This document shows positions 61,015-64,000 of a stretch of 64,000 nt of DNA, in pieces (positions within the stretch are counted from its first letter, which is position 1; every line of letters starts with the position of its first letter). This stretch comes from Leidyana gryllorum EB-2025a (Eukaryota; Protista; Apicomplexa). The notes beneath the pieces are model-generated. The model saw only the letters and a list, made by a program, of their open reading frames with translations, was not told the origin of the DNA and did not search any database. The DNA lies in NCBI GenBank assembly GCA_048772705.1, contig JBLWGC010000182.1:96482-160481 (forward strand), written 5' to 3'. Made by a program: the position numbers and the translations under genes.

Positions 61015-63324
61015 TCATGAATCGTCACCACAAAGCACGGACATTAGGCTGGCCCTGCTCATGCGAGCAGCATATCTAAGTGCAACGGCAATCGTGGCGA
61101 GATGTGCTGACAGGCCGGTCCAGAGGGGTAGGTCAACTTGCTGGAGACTGTCCCCAGAATGGCGGGTTATCTGGGCAAGCTGGACGCACAAAGCAAACCA
61201 AAGACCCGCGGTAGTAGTCTCTAAAGCTCGGTCGAACCACCATGCACGGCCGGGGTTCAGGGGGGTTGTGACATATTCCCCATCGACGTTCACGTCAACA
61301 ACTTTCCGATGACACTTTGTAACCTTAAAATCGTATTCATCTTGAAGGAAGATGTCTTCGACTGATTGGATCAGTCCGGTCTGAGTTGCTTTCCTCAGCC
61401 ACAAAAGGACTTCTATATCCAGTTCTTTGGCCTCAATGCCCTCAGCGGTGGGCAGTCCTCCCGCGGGGATGAGATTGTGGTTGGCTATCACTTTGTTCCG
61501 CACTGATACGTAGTCGGCAAGAGTGAGCTTTGCATTCCCCTTGGCAGCGCTCAGTTCATCCAGCTCTTCTAAGATCTCTCTATTCAGTTGGGAGAAGATT
61601 GACCCTTCCATCGCCTTCCGCTTTCGAGACATTGACTTGTACTCCTCGATGGCATATTTCAGTTCGGGTGCGATGTTAAAGTCGTGTCTCCGTAATGCAG
61701 CCAAAATCTGAGTCGGCTCCCGAGCTCCTGGTGGCGTCATGTATCTTTCGACCCAATCAGCTATCAGAGAGTGGATGGATGTCCACTGGGGGCGTGTGGT
61801 GGCCGTCGGCTGTTCGCTCCGTGTCATAGTTATCACTGGCCCGCAGGCAGGAATCATTTCGTGGTACAGCAATTCCATGAGTGAAGTGTAGTGATGGTAG
61901 CTCCAGCTAGAGGGGTACTGACGATCGTGTAGAACTCTCGCTTTGCGCACCCACGCCCTGCGGATTGCACGTAAGTCGTGACCGCGGACCTGGAGGACGG
62001 GGAAGTACGCCTTCCATCGCGTCAGTCGATTTAGCGCAACTGTGTCCTGACTGTTTATCTCTTTCAAAGTGTTTGCACAGTAATCTTCCAAATGCTTGTA
62101 CGCACTGACTTGGTCATCAGGGACAATCTTCTTAATTACATTCTTCGCCATGTCGCGCAAAACATGGCTCGGGTCTTTACACGTTGCGGAACCAACGACT
62201 GAGGCCCACATAACAAGACTCTCCTTCACTTCGTCGAGAACGCCAATCTTCCTCGCGTGTTCGAACGACTCCTCATAGCCAGCGATGTTCCCGATCAGGA
62301 ATTGCAACCAACCCTCAAGATGTTTGGGGTGGGACTGGGGCGCCAGTCTTTCAAGTCTGGTCTTCGCGAGGCGTTCACCTTCTGGGACAGATGTTTGGGA
62401 ATCTGTCTCGCTAGAGACAGACGCTTCAGCCGATGTTGAATCGTCCCTGGCGTTCGTCGCCGCTTGCAGTTCTGCCGCATCTGCCAGTACCTCATCTCTG
62501 AGGCGGGTGGGGGTGCTTCCCACAGAGCCCCAATCGACAATTGACTGGAGAACACTCGGAGACAGAATGCGTGCATCCGACAAATGTCGGGCGTGTTCTA
62601 TTCCGAGTCGTTCCGTTATTCCGAGTGCCGCGACACACTCGTTCACTTGATGACGATTTTTGACAATTTCGTCGTACAGTCGTTCGTGGTCGGGGTGAGT
62701 CGGACTCAGAACGGGGTCCTCCAAAACGTTTGGTTGCGTTGCGCAAATGTACGGCTGCGGGCACTCCTGGCGCCATGCCTTGTCGAGCTCGGGTATTGTA
62801 CGCGCGTCCGGCCCTTTATCAGTCAAATGGAGCGTTTTGTGCAAAGGCCACAAACCAGCATGGAACGGAGTGTCTGGGGTTGGGTAAAAGCACCTCTTCC
62901 CGTCGGTCGGTCCGGTGTCTTCCACACAAGCTTCCACATCGCACATGTCCGCTTTCCTGTGTGTGACCAATCCATTCTTGTGATTCACCCAATCCTGGAC
63001 ACGGTGCACAATCGGCCGTCCATATTGCCTGAGATAATCCGTTGCGGAGGAGAGCAGGGGGCGTTGTGCTTGTGGTTGTGGTGACCCCTCGTCTTCAATC
63101 AGCTCGGGAAAACGCTCATCCAATTGGATTCCCCATCCAGAGGCCACACAAGTGAGAATAGCTGCTTCGCTCGTCGTGGTCCTCCTGTCACGGGGCATGT
63201 GCAAAAATCTTGAGCCTCGATACCGTGCATTCGTCTCAACTTTCTCGTCAGCAGGATTCTCACATTTCCAACGATTGGGCGCTCGCCTTTCATCTCGACA
63301 TCTCTCTTCTTCTGAAAGACACAT
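61015..63324 (-). CDS. Hypothetical protein (769 aa); C-terminal half related to the N-terminal region of the 53286-57479 protein
   Basis: Uninterrupted ATG-initiated frame; LIADWVERY and GEYVTTPLNP motifs. Confidence 0.78.
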   Translation of the reverse strand: MCLSEEERCRDERRAPNRWKCENPADEKVETNARYRGSRFLHMPRDRRTTTSEAAILTCVASGWGIQLDERFPELIEDEGSPQPQAQRPLLSSATDYLRQYGRPIVHRVQDWVNHKNGLVTHRKADMCDVEACVEDTGPTDGKRCFYPTPDTPFHAGLWPLHKTLHLTDKGPDARTIPELDKAWRQECPQPYICATQPNVLEDPVLSPTHPDHERLYDEIVKNRHQVNECVAALGITERLGIEHARHLSDARILSPSVLQSIVDWGSVGSTPTRLRDEVLADAAELQAATNARDDSTSAEASVSSETDSQTSVPEGERLAKTRLERLAPQSHPKHLEGWLQFLIGNIAGYEESFEHARKIGVLDEVKESLVMWASVVGSATCKDPSHVLRDMAKNVIKKIVPDDQVSAYKHLEDYCANTLKEINSQDTVALNRLTRWKAYFPVLQVRGHDLRAIRRAWVRKARVLHDRQYPSSWSYHHYTSLMELLYHEMIPACGPVITMTRSEQPTATTRPQWTSIHSLIADWVERYMTPPGAREPTQILAALRRHDFNIAPELKYAIEEYKSMSRKRKAMEGSIFSQLNREILEELDELSAAKGNAKLTLADYVSVRNKVIANHNLIPAGGLPTAEGIEAKELDIEVLLWLRKATQTGLIQSVEDIFLQDEYDFKVTKCHRKVVDVNVDGEYVTTPLNPGRAWWFDRALETTTAGLWFALCVQLAQITRHSGDSLQQVDLPLWTGLSAHLATIAVALRYAARMSRASLMSVLCGDDS

Positions 63325-64000
63325 TTGTGGCAGTGCGATGTGTGGAAGAATTTCGAGGATCGCTCAAAAAATCCAAACACTGTGATAATATCCGTATCAT
63401 CAACCCTCACGCATACTTTCACCTTCCATCCGCTTACCGTTTATTCGTGCCAAATACAGTCACTTCTACGCTTTCCTCTTCAATCGGCACACCTGTGTCT
63501 GCAAGCCTTAGACAGACGGGCTCGACCGCCAAGTTGCAGCAATAAAGCTTAACTTCATCCATGAGTCCTTCACATCTGCACGATAACCTGTGGACCAATC
63601 CAAAATTGGGCACCTGTTCTTTCGACGGGTTATCAAGACGAACACAGCTCCCCGGGCCCATTGCGGCTTAGTAGTTTGCAGAGTGCTCCTGAGATGCCTT
63701 CCAAAAAATAGCTCATGGGGCGTCGTACATTCAGTGCGAGACGCGGCTTCCGTGGGGACGAGCTTGACGCCTACCTTGTAGTCTGCTCTACTTGTGCCAA
63801 ATAGTAGAGCCCATATCCCTCCACACTTCCCTCGAACCAGATACCAATCCTCGTCCAGCTGATTCGCTCATTCCATGAATGACGGTTCCCGCTTTTGACT
63901 TATAACTTTGAGATGTCCCATGCTTCCAGACCCAACAGCTTAGGTGTCCTTTTCGACACCACTGATTCTTCCACCTGTCCATGCAAAGACAGACAACCAG

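Noticed and set aside
63325-64000. Possible minus-strand multi-exon gene fragments at the window end
   Set aside because: Donor-like sites exist but I could not build a consistent or recognisable model.
1-64000. CRISPR arrays, rRNA, transposons, repeated introner-type introns, alternative genetic code
   Set aside because: No repeat-spacer arrays, rRNA motifs, transposase/RT motifs or shared intron sequences seen; TAA, TAG and TGA all terminate conserved genes.

Overview
Eukaryotic nuclear DNA from a very compact apicomplexan genome. A glideosome-associated connector gene and a beta-tubulin with V199-Q200 support Apicomplexa; a gregarine-type lineage is an inference. About 30 protein-coding genes use the standard code, with mostly 38-60 nt GT-AG introns and intergenic gaps often only 8-95 nt, so the ORF track shows most genes as fragments; I spliced them by eye. 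Recognisable genes: divergent beta-tubulin, PP1 inhibitor-3, UFD1, a nucleoside transporter, a CPA1 Na+/H+ exchanger, tRNA-Pro(AGG), proteasome beta-2, a PtpB-type phosphatase, MCM5, an exosome RNase PH subunit, AIP1, FAD synthase (essentially invisible in the ORF track), an ATP6AP2-like protein, TFIIH p52, TPI, dynein light chain, a long NEK kinase, two tandem PAP2 genes, a stand-alone Utp12-domain protein, SRP68 and GAC. Most notable unexplained items: (1) a ~10 kb block of long ORFs beside GAC (53286-63324), three of which share unrecognised, shuffled modules; (2) a 512-nt structured intron in a genome of ~45-nt introns; (3) a miniature TRAP/MIC-like membrane protein; (4) a tRNA with no clear terminator followed by a structured segment; (5) gene spacing tight enough to imply overlapping or polycistronic transcripts. 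No CRISPR, rRNA or recognisable mobile element. All family assignments come from remembered motifs, not database searches.
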